A stretch of 63,893 nucleotides of DNA, counting the filler, from Octopus bimaculoides (Eukaryota), in assembly GCF_001194135.2 (NCBI RefSeq). It is 7 parts of 5 records of this genome, joined end to end, with 100 filler letters (N's around TTAATTAATTAA, not from the genome) between each part and the next. Parts side by side here need not be neighbours in the genome. Positions count along the whole stretch, not along the records: positions 8,477 to 34,616 come from NC_068984.1; 6 more parts are not named here. One strand, given 5' to 3'. Of this stretch, positions 11,447 to 24,825 are shown in pieces. Below the pieces are notes generated by a model that ran no database searches, was not told the DNA's origin, and worked only from the letters and a program-made list of their open reading frames with translations. A program made the translations under genes and the position numbers. Positions within the stretch are counted from its first letter, which is position 1. Every line of letters begins with the position of its first letter.

Positions 11447-12700
11447 NNNNNNNNNNNNNNNNNNNNNNNNNNNNNNNNNNNNNNNNNNNNNNNNNNNNNN
11501 NNNNNNNNNNNNNNNNNNNNNNNNNNNNNNNNNNNNNNNNNNNNNNNNNNNNNNNNNNNNNNNNNNNNNNNNNNNNNNNNNNNNNNNNNNNNNNNNNNNN
11601 NNNNNNNNNNNNNNNNNNNNNNNNNNNNNNNNNNNNNNNNNNNNNNNNNNNNNNNNNNNNNNNNNNNNNNNNNNNNNNNNNNNNNNNNNNNNNNNNNNNN
11701 NNNNNNNNNNNNNNNNNNNNNNNNNNNNNNNNNNNNNNNNNNNNNNNNNNNNNNNNNNNNNNNNNNNNNNNNNNNNNNNNNNNNNNNNNNNNNNNNNNNN
11801 NNNNNNNNNNNNNNNNNNNNNNNNNNNNNNNNNNNNNNNNNNNNNNNNNNNNNNNNNNNNNNNNNNNNNNNNNNNNNNNNNNNNNNNNNNNNNNNNNNNN
11901 NNNNNNNNNNNNNNNNNNNNNNNNNNNNNNNNNNNNNNNNNNNNNNNNNNNNNNNNNNNNNNNNNNNNNNNNNNNNNNNNNNNNNNNNNNNNNNNNNNNN
12001 NNNNNNNNNNNNNNNNNNNNNNNNNNNNNNNNNNNNNNNNNNNNNNNNNNNNNNNNNNNNNNNNNNNNNNNNNNNNNNNNNNNNNNNNNNNNNNNNNNNN
12101 NNNNNNNNNNNNNNNNNNNNNNNNNNNNNNNNNNNNNNNNNNNNNNNNNNNNNNNNNNNNNNNNNNNNNNNNNNNNNNNNNNNNNNNNNNNNNNNNNNNN
12201 NNNNNNNNNNNNNNNNNNNNNNNNNNNNNNNNNNNNNNNNNNNNNNNNNNNNNNNNNNNNNNNNNNNNNNNNNNNNNNNNNNNNNNNNNNNNNNNNNNNN
12301 NNNNNNNNNNNNNNNNNNNNNNNNNNNNNNNNNNNNNNNNNNNNNNNNNNNNNNNNNNNNNNNNNNNNNNNNNNNNNNNNNNNNNNNNNNNNNNNNNNNN
12401 NNNNNNNNNNNNNNNNNNNNNNNNNNNNNNNNNNNNNNNNNTATATATATATATATATATATAGATACATATGTATGTATGTATGTATGTATGTATTTGT
12501 GTGTCTGTCTTTGTCCCCCTACATCACTTGACAACCGATGCTGGTGTGTTTACGTCCCCGTAACCTAGTGTTTTGGCATAAGAGACCGATAGAATAAGTA
12601 CTAGGTTTACAAAGAATAAGTCCTGGGATCAATTTGCTCGATTAAAGATGGTGCTCCAGCATGGCCGCAATCAAATGAGTGAAGCAAATAAAATAATAAA
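11245..12700 (+). mobile_element. SINE family B head and tail separated by an assembly gap
   Basis: Head at 11245-11388 and tail at 12497-12700. The two parts may be different copies joined across about 1 kb of N. Confidence 0.75.
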
Positions 12701-12893
12701 AGAATATCTATATATATACATACACATATATACACATATATTCATATATATATATATGTGTGTGCATGTGTATGTATGTATGTATGTATACTTTCACAGA
12801 CCCACACACATACATACATATATATATATGCATACATATATGTATATTTATATATATGTGTGCTTGTGTATGTATGCATGTATGTATGTATGT

Positions 12894-12934
<41 letters not shown>

Positions 12935-13974
12935 CCACACACATACACATGCACACGCACTCATCCGCATATATACACACATCTAAAAATCGTTTTAAAT
13001 AAATGGGATGATATAGCGTTCACACTACATACATCTCATCTAGACTCGTATTATATCGTAAGAATAATTATATCGTAAGAATAATTACTATATAAATACT
13101 TTGGACCATTTAATTTTAAAGGAAATTATAAAGCTTTATATAAATTATTTTAATATTTTATTAAGGTTAAAAACAAAATTTTAATTAATTGTTGAAAATA
13201 TCTCCAGCTATTATTTTAACTCATGAACAGCGAAATTAAATTTCCTGACTGTTCCAGTAATAATGCTAATTAAATATCTACAGAAAAATGGAACTTTTAA
13301 TTTTTTCAAGTCACATTACTTCAGTAAACTTGAAATATCTCCATAAACGATAGACTGGTGTATAAACCTGCTTTCTGCAGTTAGGCGTAATGAAATTTTA
13401 AACGGAAATATTTGATTTCCGCAGTAAAAGAGTTAATGTATCACTAACACACTTGTCTCCTCAGAAATGTCAGCGGTTCCCACATATATAAAAAACCATT
13501 AATATTTATAATTTATGCAAAAAATGGAAAAATGCGAAAATATCTGAAGAGTTTGGTGTCAAGAGTATACATTTACTTTCGTTTAAATATGAACGATTTC
13601 ACCATCAAAATTCCTTGCTAATGTTCGTCACTAAAAGAGTTGAATACCTGGTCTTCTTCGTGAGAACTATCTCTGAACTACATGTTAAGCAATTTTGCAA
13701 AGAATAAATATAAATCTATAAGTTGGGGAGCTGGCAGAATCGTAAACACGTCTGGCGAAATGCTTGGCGGTATTTCGTCTCTGTGAATTATCTCGTGTCA
13801 TATGAAATTGGTGAATTATTGTCAATACTGCTGTGTTACTCTGTGAAAACTGTGTGAATTACTGTAAGTTGACTCTGTGAATAATTGTGATTTTTGTGGA
13901 ATTTATTGTTGTTACGTTTCACGCGAGCCGCAGCATCCCCCCCCCCCCNNNNNNNNNNNNNNNNNNNNNNNNNA

Positions 13975-14297
13975 GCTGCGGCGAGTGGTAGTGTCTCCAG
14001 TATGGAAGAAGAAGTGTGAGAATACGTATTCCGAGAGTGCCACCAGAAATTAAACCGGAGTGGTTGGTTCAACAGTGCTGGCTGCAACCAAGGAGGATCC
14101 GGAATTGGGACCAGTGGCGGAAACAAAAGTGTGCAACTGGTGAGGAGGATTTGGACTCGAAATGTGGCCTTTTGCCACATTCGAGAACATAGAAAGAATT
14201 CCCTACCAGATAGAAGTGGGGGACGAGAGAACGTTAAATGTCGTAGTCGAGAGAAGAAAACCAAATTGTTACATATGCGGGGAGAGAATATTTCAAA
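13975..14297 (+). mobile_element. L1/Tx1-like ORF1 fragment
   Basis: Translates IRIPRVPPEIKPEWLV...ERIPYQIEVGDERTLNVVVERRKPNCYICGE, the start of a CCHC knuckle typical of L1/Tx1 ORF1. It is truncated by a SINE-C. Confidence 0.55.
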
Positions 14298-14505
14298 GGC
14301 GGCGAGCTGGCAGAAACGTTAGCACGCCGGGCAAAGGGCTTAGCAGCATTTTTGTGACTTTACGTTTTCAGTTCAAATTCCGCCGAGGTCGACTTTGCCT
14401 TTAATCCTTTCGGGGTCTGTAAAGGAAGTGCTAGTTACGCACTGAGGTCGATCTATTCGACTGGCCCCCTCCCCCAAAATTTCAGGCCTTGTGCCTAGAG
14501 TAAAA
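14298..14505 (+). mobile_element. tRNA-derived SINE family C, representative copy
   Basis: GGCGGCGAGCTGGCAGAAACGTTAGCACGCC...CAGTTCAAATTCCGCCGAGGTCGACTTTGCC...GCCTAGAGTA. Other copies lie at about 15210-15395(+), 22775-22915(-), 29850-29960(+), 30475-30645(+), 33432-33650(+), 43452-43620(-), 44000-44215(+), 51470-51642(+) and 54745-54942(+). Confidence 0.9.
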
Positions 14506-14926
14506 ATGAATATATATAAGTTTGTACGGTGGTGAGCTGGCAGAAACGTTAGATACGTACACACCCGTGCATCCTGATACGGGAAAATTGCTATTTCAGA
14601 TGAAACAGTGCAACTGTTAACCTTTACATAAAATCTCCATGTAAATCCATGTAAATCCATTAACATCTGTTTTCCGCATTTCGTTTGGTATTATATTTAT
14701 TTGAATAGATTACAGAGTGTATAACCAAGGTCAGAATAGAAGTGGATGGAAAGAGTTAATTACGTTTTTTTCTGATTATCTAGCAAGCATGTAGGGTGAT
14801 TTTACAATAGTCTTTGTTACGATTACTGCATAACATACATGTATACGCCAACGAAACACTTGTAAAAATTGTGTAACTTATGCTCGAGCTGAATCGCCAG
14901 CTGGATTCTGAACTTGTATATATAAA

Positions 14927-14958
<32 letters not shown>

Positions 14959-15628
14959 CTTTAGTGTGTCTGTGTATTTGATGGAAAATAGATTTGTATC
15001 TGTGATCTGGGAAATGAGTGGGAGAAAAACAACAAATTTTCATGCTGCGTGATAATAAGCTGTCATATTTCTATATCGCTATGCTCAGCCTTTATAACCA
15101 CATGCCTCTTTATTCCTTAAGTAAGTTGAGGGTCTGCTATTATTATTTTCTGAAACAAAGATTATACGATTATACAATGTAATTAAAGAATGCAGCAGTG
15201 AACCAACAAAAGGTATGTCCTCAAATACTTTACGCACCCTGTATTTCGTCTGTCTTTACGTTCTGAGTTCAAATTCCGCCGGGGTCGACTTTGCCTTTCA
15301 TCCTTTCGAGGTCGATAAATTATGTACCAGTACTAAACGACTGCCCCCCCCCCTCCCCCAAATTTTGGGCCTTGTGCTAAGAGTAGAAAAGGATAAATAT
15401 AAATCTATACGATTACCAGTACAGAACCGACACACTCATAGACACACACAGAGACACAGCCACACACATACAAACACACAAGTTTAATATTTTGTCCATG
15501 TTCTTTTGCCACGTCATGTACCCAGTTATGTATCTATATGTACATGTGGATGAAGGTATATACATACATGTACATATATATGCATATACTCATATATTGT
15601 TTGTATCACGACAGAACGCACGCGTTAT

Positions 15629-15672
<44 letters not shown>

Positions 15673-15977
15673 CATATAAAGTATATATATATACATACAC
15701 ATATGTATGTATANNNNNNNNNNNNNNNNNNNNNNNNNNNNNNNNNNNNNNNNNNNNNNNNNNNNNNNNNNNNNNNNNNNNNNNNNNNNNNNNNNNNNNN
15801 NNNNNNNNNNNNNNNNNNNNNNNNNNNNNNNNNNNNNNNNNNNNNNNNNNNNNNNNNNNNNNNNNNNNNNNNNNNNNNNNNNNNNNGATAAAATCTTTTT
15901 AAGAATTTATCAAGTAGTCAGCGTGAAAAAAACCTCATAAGGAAAAAAACCATCATTTTTCCCCATAAATATATATA

Positions 15978-16136
15978 ATATAATCTATATAAGGGCATTA
16001 TTATAAAATAAAGCCTCACGCTTAGAGGGACTTAATAAGTCAAAACTACCAAGGAGGTTAGCTTTGAAGGTTGCATTCCCCGCGATCGGTAAACATGAGG
16101 CTTTATTTTATAATAATGCCCTTATATAGATTATAT
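15978..16136. mobile_element. Medium fold-back element of the AAGGGCATTA family
   Basis: Perfect 41-bp inverted arms (15978-16018 and 16096-16136) around a 77-bp spacer, in TA-rich sequence. Confidence 0.75.
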
Positions 16137-16204
16137 ATATATATATATATATATATATGAATGTATATGTATGTATATCGTTATGTTCGATATAGTGTGC
16201 TGAA

Positions 16205-16930
16205 GATTAACATCACTGATACAGTCCAAATCGGCCATATCAGGATTACTAAAAACAGAGCAGTACTGTTTCTGCAGTATCTTACTCATAGTTTTGTCAT
16301 TATCATGGATATTGCTCTTTTCATCAATCAGAGGCCCAACAGTGAAGACAGTGACCTTGTGTTTTTTCGTAAAAGAGAACTCTTTGGGGGTTAAGTTTGG
16401 TTTTCTCGACGCTCCATTTCTCCTCAGCTGTTCTTTGGTTATTGATGATGGTCTTCATGTATTGCTGGAGGTTATTTTTTTAATTTTTTTTATTCGAGCA
16501 GGGTGATAGCCGTCGAATTAATGTGTGGCTGTTGGCAGGATTTTAGTTTGTTAATTTTTTTGTTTGTTCTTTTATTTTTCTGATAATAGTTTTTCTGTTT
16601 TGGGAAATTCCGCACTTAGTTTTCTTCACAGCCCATGGTGGGGTGTGTTTTGTGACAGTGTCTACAAAGATCTGCCAAGATATTTTGATGCTGGAGGTGG
16701 TGTGTGTGTATGTATGAAAGACCAGTCAACATGTGATAGCTCGTTTATGATTGCATCCCAGTCGACATCATAGAGATCCACAGTATCAAATGTGTGAGCT
16801 GGAGAGAGGTCACTAGGGTTGACGTTCGGCTGGTGGAATCCCAGGTTACAACGAACCATGTCATAGTCTGAAAGAAGGGTTTTTCCCTCTGTAATATTTT
16901 GTATAGTGTTAGTGTGGCTACTAAACACAA
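16205..16930 (-). mobile_element. CR1-clade LINE ORF2 fragment (end of endonuclease to linker)
   Basis: Translates NITEGKTLLSDYDMVRCNL...DWDAIINELSHVDW and, further on, VGPLIDEKSNIHDNDKTMSKILQKQYCSVFS, matching CR1-like SDH, DW..I...L...DW and VGPL...QY.SVF motifs. Confidence 0.7.
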
Positions 16931-16945
16931 GGTTTAAAACAATCT

Positions 16946-16980
<35 letters not shown>

Positions 16981-17221
16981 NNNNNNNNNNNNNNNNNNNN
17001 NNNNNNNNNNNNNNNNNNNNNNNNNNNNNNNNNNNNNNNNNNNNNNNNNNNNNNNNNNNNNNNNNNNNNNNNNNNNNNNNNNNNNNNNNNNNNNNNNNNN
17101 NNNNNNNNNNNNNNNNNNNNNNNNNNNNNNNNNNNNNNNNNNNNNNNNNNNNNNNNNNNNNNNNNNNNNNNNNNNNNNNNNNNNNNNNNNNNNNNNNNNN
17201 NNNNNNNNNNNNNNNNNNNNN

Positions 17222-17268
<47 letters not shown>

Positions 17269-17699
17269 ATATATCTCATAAAATTGAAGAATATCTGATA
17301 TTTGACATACCATTAATAATTCTTTATACGCATAAAGAAAATTTATCGTGCAAAAATTTGTCATGTGAAAAATTCATATGATTTTCTGTAGTAATATTTT
17401 TACCGTCAATTTTTAATAATTTATTCTGAGTAAAGCTTCACCTGATCATGCCTTCTCGAAACTTCCCTCGATGAGTTTTGTTTTCCCAGTTTTTGCTGAA
17501 ATCCAAAGGCTTTTGCTCAAATCCAAAGGTTTTTGTTATTACTTTTTTTTTCACTACAAATGTTGTTTTACCAATTTCCTATTTTGATAACGATATGTAC
17601 AACTTTTCTAATGCCATTTCAAATAAAAAACGAAATGCTACCAGGGAATTCTAATTTGATATTTAAAAGCTGTTTGAAAGAAAAATTAAGTTGGCTCAT

Positions 17700-18510
17700 G
17701 ATATAGAAGAACATATTCGTCTTGGAGAATAACCTCAATATGAAGAAACTTATTACCACGTCATGTTGCACAGATTTCATCTGGAGAGAAAGGATTTGAT
17801 TGATAATTAAATTCTAGCTCAGCAACATTTAATCTCAAACCAAAATGAAAAGAACCTTACTATTGATGCTTAATCAAAAATTAAAGTAGTTTCAAAATGT
17901 CAATTATTGTCAACGCTTGTCATCCAATTACTGAATAGATTGAATATAATTCTGCAGCCTGTAGCATAGCTGATAAAAGAAAGGATTGCATCATGATAAC
18001 GCTGATCAGTGATTACTAACGAAGGTCGCTAGCAACAAGGATCAATAAAAAAAGTGGGTTCAGTTTTAAAAGAACGACATAACAGTGATGTCATTGTTAT
18101 GCAAGTTATGGTACCATTGCATATAAGCTGGTCAAAGCCATCCAGGGACAGCAAGCGGCAGTAGTAATGTACGCCACAGCACAACACAACCAATATCCAG
18201 CGTGTTTGTTCTCTATACTTGTACTTCAATTGTTACGCTTCTTAAATCATATTTTGCTGGTCGGAGGACTAAAGGTGTTACAACATGGTCTGAATTTGTA
18301 CTTCTGGCCATTTCAGCAAAGTATCATAGAAAACTTCCGGGGTTATCACGATTTCAGATTTGTGCAATTGTTACGGGTAGACCTCCAGGGTGCCGAATCT
18401 ATAAATTAGGAACCCATGTTGGCATACGCACTTATAAATGCGCATCTTTGCGTGTGAGTTCGCATGAGTTCTTGGCTAATGAATGCATTCAGGAGGTGTC
18501 TACTCCAGGA
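17700..18510 (+). mobile_element. Possible decayed pogo/Tigger DDE transposase
   Basis: FWPFQQSIIENFRGYH resembles QP.DQGII..FK..Y and LMNAFRRC resembles I.N.F.KC. There are many stops. Confidence 0.35.
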
Positions 18511-19279
18511 AGATTAGTTTCTCTCTGTCTCTCTCTCTTTCTCAGTTTGTATGTATGCATATATATATATAAATATAAATAGATAAGTAGATATGTATAT
18601 GCATATATATGTGAGTATATATATATATATATATNNNNNNNNNNNNNNNNNNNNNNNNNNNNNNNNNNNNNNNNNNNNNNNNNNNNNNNNNNNNNNNNNN
18701 NNNNNNNNNNNNNNNNNNNNNNNNNNNNNNNNNNNNNNNNNNNNNNNNNNNNNNNNNNNNNNNNNNNNNNNNNNNNNNNNNNNNNNNNAAAAGAAAGTAT
18801 TTATTTCTTTTACCAAAATATGCTAGTGGTTTCATTCGGTTTTTAAGATAATCTATTCATGCAGAAGGGAAAATCTACTGCAAAAACACAAACAAAAAAA
18901 TGTTTCATGATATCAATTCTTGAAATGTTTTTCTTACAAAACTCACAAGGCCTTGTTAGTTGGATTTCTCCTGATGGGTTTTGGGTTGTAGAAGTAGTAG
19001 TGACAGTTTCAGAAGAGGCTGTTATTGTCATTCCTTACTGGGAATACTGGTTTGAAGGAGTAGCTACTAGTAGTAGTAGTAGCAGCTGTTTTGCCCTCAT
19101 CACGTCCCTAATTTTCATCGATAAAAAGTATCATTAAGGACAAAGCAGATATTCTCTAGAATGAATCTTAGCTCCTCAATTATTAATTTTTCTTTTAGGC
19201 GTCGCTGTAATTCAACTCTATAATAACCTGACAACAATCAAACTGCTTTAATTCCGAAATCGCGAGGAATATTTGAATA

Positions 19280-20405
19280 AAGGAAGTTTCATAAGAGACG
19301 AGTTAGATATATTAAACCATTTTCCGAAAGCATTCAGTGAAAATCACTGTATCATTCGATGGAATGAATCTTTTACAACGCATTGAATATGAATTAATAA
19401 CAGAAGAACTGAAATGTATTCTAGTGAATAACTATCTCTTGCTTGAAAATATATGTTATTAATAAAATCCAGGGACAATGATGGGGACGAAAACAACCTA
19501 CTTCTTTGTAAACTTATTTATTATCCATTGATTACGATGTACTAAAAATCATTACAAAAATATGGGAGCAGTCTCTTCAAATGTGTAGAAGAAAACTAGA
19601 AAGCATATTTCAATGATTACTTCATTCTATGGAATTAAAGCATAGGAAAATTAAAAGAGTTCAAAACACTGCTTGATGGAGTTAGCAAAAATATGCAGTT
19701 CACCATGGAATATTGTCAAAACCAACTCCCTATTTTTAGACACCCTAAAAGAGCTAAATAGGGATAAAAATATTTGCGTTTCAATTTGTGCCATCCAAGA
19801 CACACCAAGATAAATGTCCATTATAACTTCGTCAAAAAGATGTGCACAATTGTATTCGATAAAAACATACGTGACATAAAACTTCATGAACTAAAGACGC
19901 CTCATTACAAGAATTATCAACTATCCTTAATCAGTAAAGGTCTCAAGTAATTTAACATCCAGGAACTACAGCTAACCCCCAAAATATATCAGAATTGAAA
20001 GTCTTACCATATTTCTCCACCTCTGATTCTGAAAAAGGAAGCTTTCACCATCATATTTCAAAACACAACGACACTGAAAAAGGAACCAAATCTTCCAAAA
20101 ACATACCATCATAAAAAGCAGAAGACGGTCCCCACCAGAAAAACATTAACACAGGCCAAACTTCTCACAATAATAACAGGAGCAACAGTAAAAATGCGCA
20201 AGATTCAAGTGTGATATATATTTTAAATTTGTCGAAAGAACAGGCGTAGGAGCGGCCGTGCGGTAAGTAGCTTGCTTACAAACCACATGGTTCCGGGTTC
20301 AGTCCCATTGCGTGACACCTTGGGCAAGTGTCTTCTACTATAGCTTCGGGCCGACCAAAGCCTTGTGAGTAGATTTAGTAGACAGAAACTGAAAGAAGCC
20401 CGTCG

Positions 20406-20466
<61 letters not shown>

Positions 20467-21030
20467 ATGTGTGTGTGTGTGTATGTATGTGTGTATGTGT
20501 GTGTGTGTGTGTACGTGCGTGTGTATATATTTGTGCGTCTGTATTTGTCCCCAAACATCGCTTGACAACCGATGCTGGTGTGTTTACGTCCCCGTAACCT
20601 AGCGGTTCGGCAAAAGAGACCGATAGAATAAGTACTAGGCTTACATAGAATAAGTCCTGGGGTCGACTAAAGGCGGTTCTCCAGCATGGCCACAGTCAAA
20701 TGACTGAAACAAATAAAAGAATAAAAAAATAAACGAATTTTTCACAATGAAAATTAACTTCAAAGCTGAAAACTTAATCTGGGCAATTACATGGTCAGGA
20801 AATAGAGAAAACTACTTAGGACAAACGAAAATATCCAAAAGATAACACATAACATTGCATAGATCCAAATTGAAATACCGGAATACAAACAAATAGAACT
20901 CAGTGAAAATATATATGCAGGTGCAGATAAGGAGCAACCAAATTTTACGATCTCCCCCTTTTACCAATTTGCCGATTGCACATCACAAAAAAAAAATGCA
21001 TCAACAAAACAACTTTCATAATCATATATT
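19280..21030 (+). mobile_element. Decayed Penelope-like element (RT plus GIY-YIG endonuclease), interrupted by a SINE-B
   Basis: Remnants across frameshifts: GT.MGTK, DYFILW (YLDD region), MQFTMEY..NQLPF, CHP.HTK, IIKSRR and ENLI.AIT...ENYLGQT...PFYQF. Confidence 0.8.
20242..20728 (+). mobile_element. SINE family B, full-length, with internal (TA)n(TG)n
   Basis: tRNA-like head (GGTTCAGTCCC B box), core, internal microsatellite and a tail ending GACTGAAACAAATAAAAGAATAAA. Confidence 0.92.
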
Positions 21031-21228
21031 GACTACGTGAGACAGAAACGACGACAGTGACCAAACTACAATTGATTCTACTGACACTGCTGATGCTCTT
21101 ACTAATACCACGGCTTCTACTTATTCTGCCACTATTGCCACCACTACTGCTACGACCACTATCCACATTCTTACAACCGAGGGACAAGAAAAAAGCCACT
21201 CCCGCTACATCTAGAACGCCTACCATTC

Positions 21229-21289
<61 letters not shown>

Positions 21290-21574
21290 GTAACTGTCAG
21301 AAGGAAACCAACTACCAGCACAATCTGAGTTTGTAAGAAAAACATGTGAATTTCAAGAATTGATATCATTGAAAGAATAATTTAATTTGTTTCAATTTAT
21401 TTTCCCTTACAGCATCAGAAAATCATGTTTCTAACAACAGAAAGTGATAGTGTATTTTGATAAGGACGGTAATAGTTTCTTTTGTCTACGATGAAGTTCT
21501 CAAAGTGTTGTATTCGTTTCTATTCTTTAATACAAATTTACCTATGTAAAACACTTTAATCTTGTCACTCTTTC

Positions 21575-21815
21575 AACAACCATAGGCATACATACATACC
21601 TACATACATACACACATACATTCATACATACATACATACATACATACATACATACCTACATACATGCATACATACATACATACATACGTGCATACATGCA
21701 TGCGTACATACATACATACATGCATGCGCACATACATACATGCATACATGCATACATACATACATACATACATACATACATACATACATACATACATACA
21801 TACATACATACATAC
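21575..21815. repeat. (CATA)n/(CATG)n compound microsatellite
   Basis: Directly visible in the sequence. Confidence 0.95.
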
Positions 21816-21818
21816 TAC

Positions 21819-21905
21819 GGCACTCAAACGGTTACGACGACGAAGGTTCCAGTTGATCCAATCAACGGAACAGCCTGCTCGTGAAATTAAGGTGCAAGTG
21901 GCTGA
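21819..21905 (-). mobile_element. SINE family A, 3' end only
   Basis: Reverse complement of ...GCTGTTCCGTTGATTGGATCAACTGGAACCTTCGTCGTCGTAACC...GTGCC. Confidence 0.85.
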
Positions 21906-22015
21906 GGCTGCGGGCGCAGATCTCGGAGGTAGTAGCAAATATTCGATATGATTAATAGAATATGAATGGTATATGGGATATATGAGGATTGGTGGGATTA
22001 TTGGTATTAGTAAGG

Positions 22016-22720
22016 TCAGTAGTGTTCTGTATTAAGTTGTATGTTCATGTTAAGCTTTGGCTGATATTTATTAATGAAAGGTGCCTCTTTATTCAATCTT
22101 TGCTGCACTGAGTTGTTCTGGGGGCATTCATAAAAAGGAAAAATTAGCAAGTTTGGTTTAAGGTTCCTAACACATCTTTCTATGTGCTTACTAAATTGGA
22201 TCTGGCTATATTGTTGGAAGCGGATTTGTTCTTTGTGAAGTGTTGTTCTTTGTCTGAGGGACATTCATGTTTGACCTTTATAGTGGTTTCCGCAACTTAA
22301 GCAGGTAATAACATAGATTAAGTTTTTAGAGACACAAGTGAAATTTGATTTTATCTTAAATAATTCACCTTGTTTGAAATGAAATTCAGTACCCTCCAAA
22401 AAGTGGGGGCATGTGTCACAGTTAGGCCGCCCGCATTTTTCCACTTTCAGTTCCGTTGTTAAGGGATATAGTCTTTCGCCGGTTAATATTTTTCTTCAAT
22501 GATTTCGGTTACATCTTGCTTTTGATTATTTTGTGTGAGCCGAAAATTTCGTCCAGTGAGAATGGATAGATTTTGGATGATGGTGTTAAGTGCTTCATTG
22601 TTTCTTGGGTCATGTGTGGAGAAGTATGGGTGTACTTTTAAATTTAGTGTGGTATTTCGGCTAACTTCCCTTAATGTTTGTATGTCTATTTCTTTTGCTC
22701 GTTTATTCCCATTAATAGAT
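22016..22720 (-). mobile_element. Penelope-like 3' fragment (linker plus GIY-YIG C-terminus)
   Basis: ORF 22016-22264 ends FSKHIERC...IFPFYEC...RLNKEAPFINKYQPKLN. Upstream HPYFSTHDPRNNEALNTIIQNLSIL is homologous to the 20000-20100 region. Confidence 0.8.
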
Positions 22721-23586
22721 GATGGAATTTTGAGGGGAGGGAACAAGTCCATTGCATGGATCTCAGTGCCTGAATGGTACTTTATTTTATTTATCCCCAA
22801 CGGATGAAAAACAAAAGTAACCTCGGCTGGATTTGAACTCAAAACGCAAAGAGCCGTAAGGAATGCTGCTAAGCATTTTGTCTAACTTGGAAGCTACAAT
22901 GGATTCTGCTAGCACGCCGCCACCTCACCACTCAAATACTGGGGTTGACGTGATGGTGTATTCCCCGCGCTCAATTTCAGACATTGTATCTAAGTTAGAA
23001 ATAATATATTTTGCTTTTCAAAATCGTAAACGTCCACATAACATACACGTAGGCAAAGCTTTAATCTTTCTTTTACCTTTTACTGGATTCAGTCATTGGA
23101 TTGCGGCCATACTGGGGCACCACCCTAAAGAATTTTACTCAAGCAAATCCCTTTCAGTATTTATGTTGTTTCTTTTTAAGTTTGGTAGTTATTTTATACG
23201 TTTCTTTTGTCAAAGCTCTATGTTACGCGCACAAATTAACACCGATTCTCCAGCGGTAGGGTAGTGTGATAAACGCAGATACAATGTGACACTCACATTT
23301 AGATAGATAGATAGATAGATAGATAGAAAGATAGATGGACGGATGGACGGATGGATGGATGGATAGACAGGCAGACAGTCAGACAGACATAAATAGATAA
23401 ATAGACAGACATAAATAGATAAATAGATAGATAGATAGACAGATAAATAGATAGACCAAACAGACAGATAGATTGACAAACAAACAGATAAAAAAAAATA
23501 CATAGACAGATAGATCGGACAGACAAACAAATAGATAGACAGGCAGATAGATATATAGTTAGATATGTAGAACCCGCAAGCAATTG

Positions 23587-24000
23587 GGCAGCAAAATCTG
23601 ATGCACTTTTAAAAGCTTTTCTACCTTTCAACTAAATAGGTTTTTAATGACTTCATTTTTATGGTGTCTCAGTGAATTTGCTTTCATACTTGCTCTTTAA
23701 TATAAATTCTGCGTACGTTTTTGGAAATCATTGAATTTATTTGTTCCGTAAATCTATTTAAGACAAACTGATCTGAGACATGAAAAAGAATTTTTTTAGG
23801 GTTATTACTGCATATGAATCTCAAGTAGAATATAATATTTGTAATAAATATAATTTTGAAGCAAATCATAAAATATGTAACATATTCGTGTAAACAAAAC
23901 TGAACTCCGTTTTACCAAGTATTTATTATATGAAAACACTATAAATTTCAGGTTTTAGAAGCTGTATGCTATATTCTCTATTTTAAAATAGTAAGAAAAG
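23587..24000 (-). repeat. Unclassified AT-rich repeat of about 420 bp, inverted copy of 29100-29523
   Basis: Shared blocks include CTTGAGATTC, ATGTCTCAGATCA, GATTTACGGAACA and AAAAGTGCATCAGATTTTGCTGCCC. Confidence 0.8.
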
Positions 24001-24016
24001 TGAGGAAAAACAATTA

Positions 24017-24675
24017 CAGTAGAACCTCGGTTTTCGAACAACTCTAATCACGAATAAATCGTACTCTCTCTCTCTCTCTCTCNNNNNNNNNNNNNNNNNN
24101 NNNNNNNNNNNNNNNNNNNNNNNNNNNNNNNNNNNNNNNNNNNNNNNNNNNNNNNNNNNNNNNNNNNNNNNNNNNNNNNNNNNNNNNNNNNNNNNNNNNN
24201 NNNNNNNNNNNNNNNNNNNNNNNNNNNNNNNNNNNNNNNNNNNNNNNNNNNNNNNNNNNNNNNNNNNNNNNNNNNNNNNNNNNNNNNNNNNNNNNNNNNN
24301 NNNNNNNNNNNNNNNNNNNNNNNNNNNNNNNNNNNNNNNNNNNNNNNNNNNNNNNNNNNNNNNNNNNNNNNNNNNNNNNNNNNNNNNNNNNNNNNNNNNN
24401 NNNNNNNNNNNNNNNNNNNNNNNNNNNNNNNNNNNNNNNNNNNNNNNNNNNNNNNNNNNNNNNNNNNNNNNNNNNNNNNNNNNNNNNNNNNNNNNNNNNN
24501 NNNNNNNNNNNNNNNNNNNNNNNNNNNNNNNNNNNNNNNNNNNNNNNNNNNNNNNNNNNNNNNNNNNNNNNNNNNNNNNNNNNNNNNNNNNNNNNNNNNN
24601 ATATATATATATATATATATATATAAAGCACGATTTATTCGCGATTAGAATTGTTCGAAAACCGAGGTACTACTA
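24017..24675. mobile_element. pogo/Tigger-type MITE
   Basis: TA|CAGTAGAACCTCGGTTTTCGAACAACTCTAATCACGAATAAATCGT and its inverted copy ending at 24675|TA. The interior is microsatellite and gap. Confidence 0.85.
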
Positions 24676-24790
24676 TATCTAATACACATAAGTACAAAAA
24701 CACATTTATATTCGTAAATAGAAATATATAACCATATATGTACACACACATACATGCATACATACATACATACATAAATACATACATAAA

Positions 24791-24825
<35 letters not shown>

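Noticed and set aside
21057-21293. Leu-rich then Thr-rich ORF resembling a secreted mucin
   Set aside because: It comes from (ACT)n-rich low-complexity sequence directly downstream of a Penelope endonuclease and has no ATG start or splice support.
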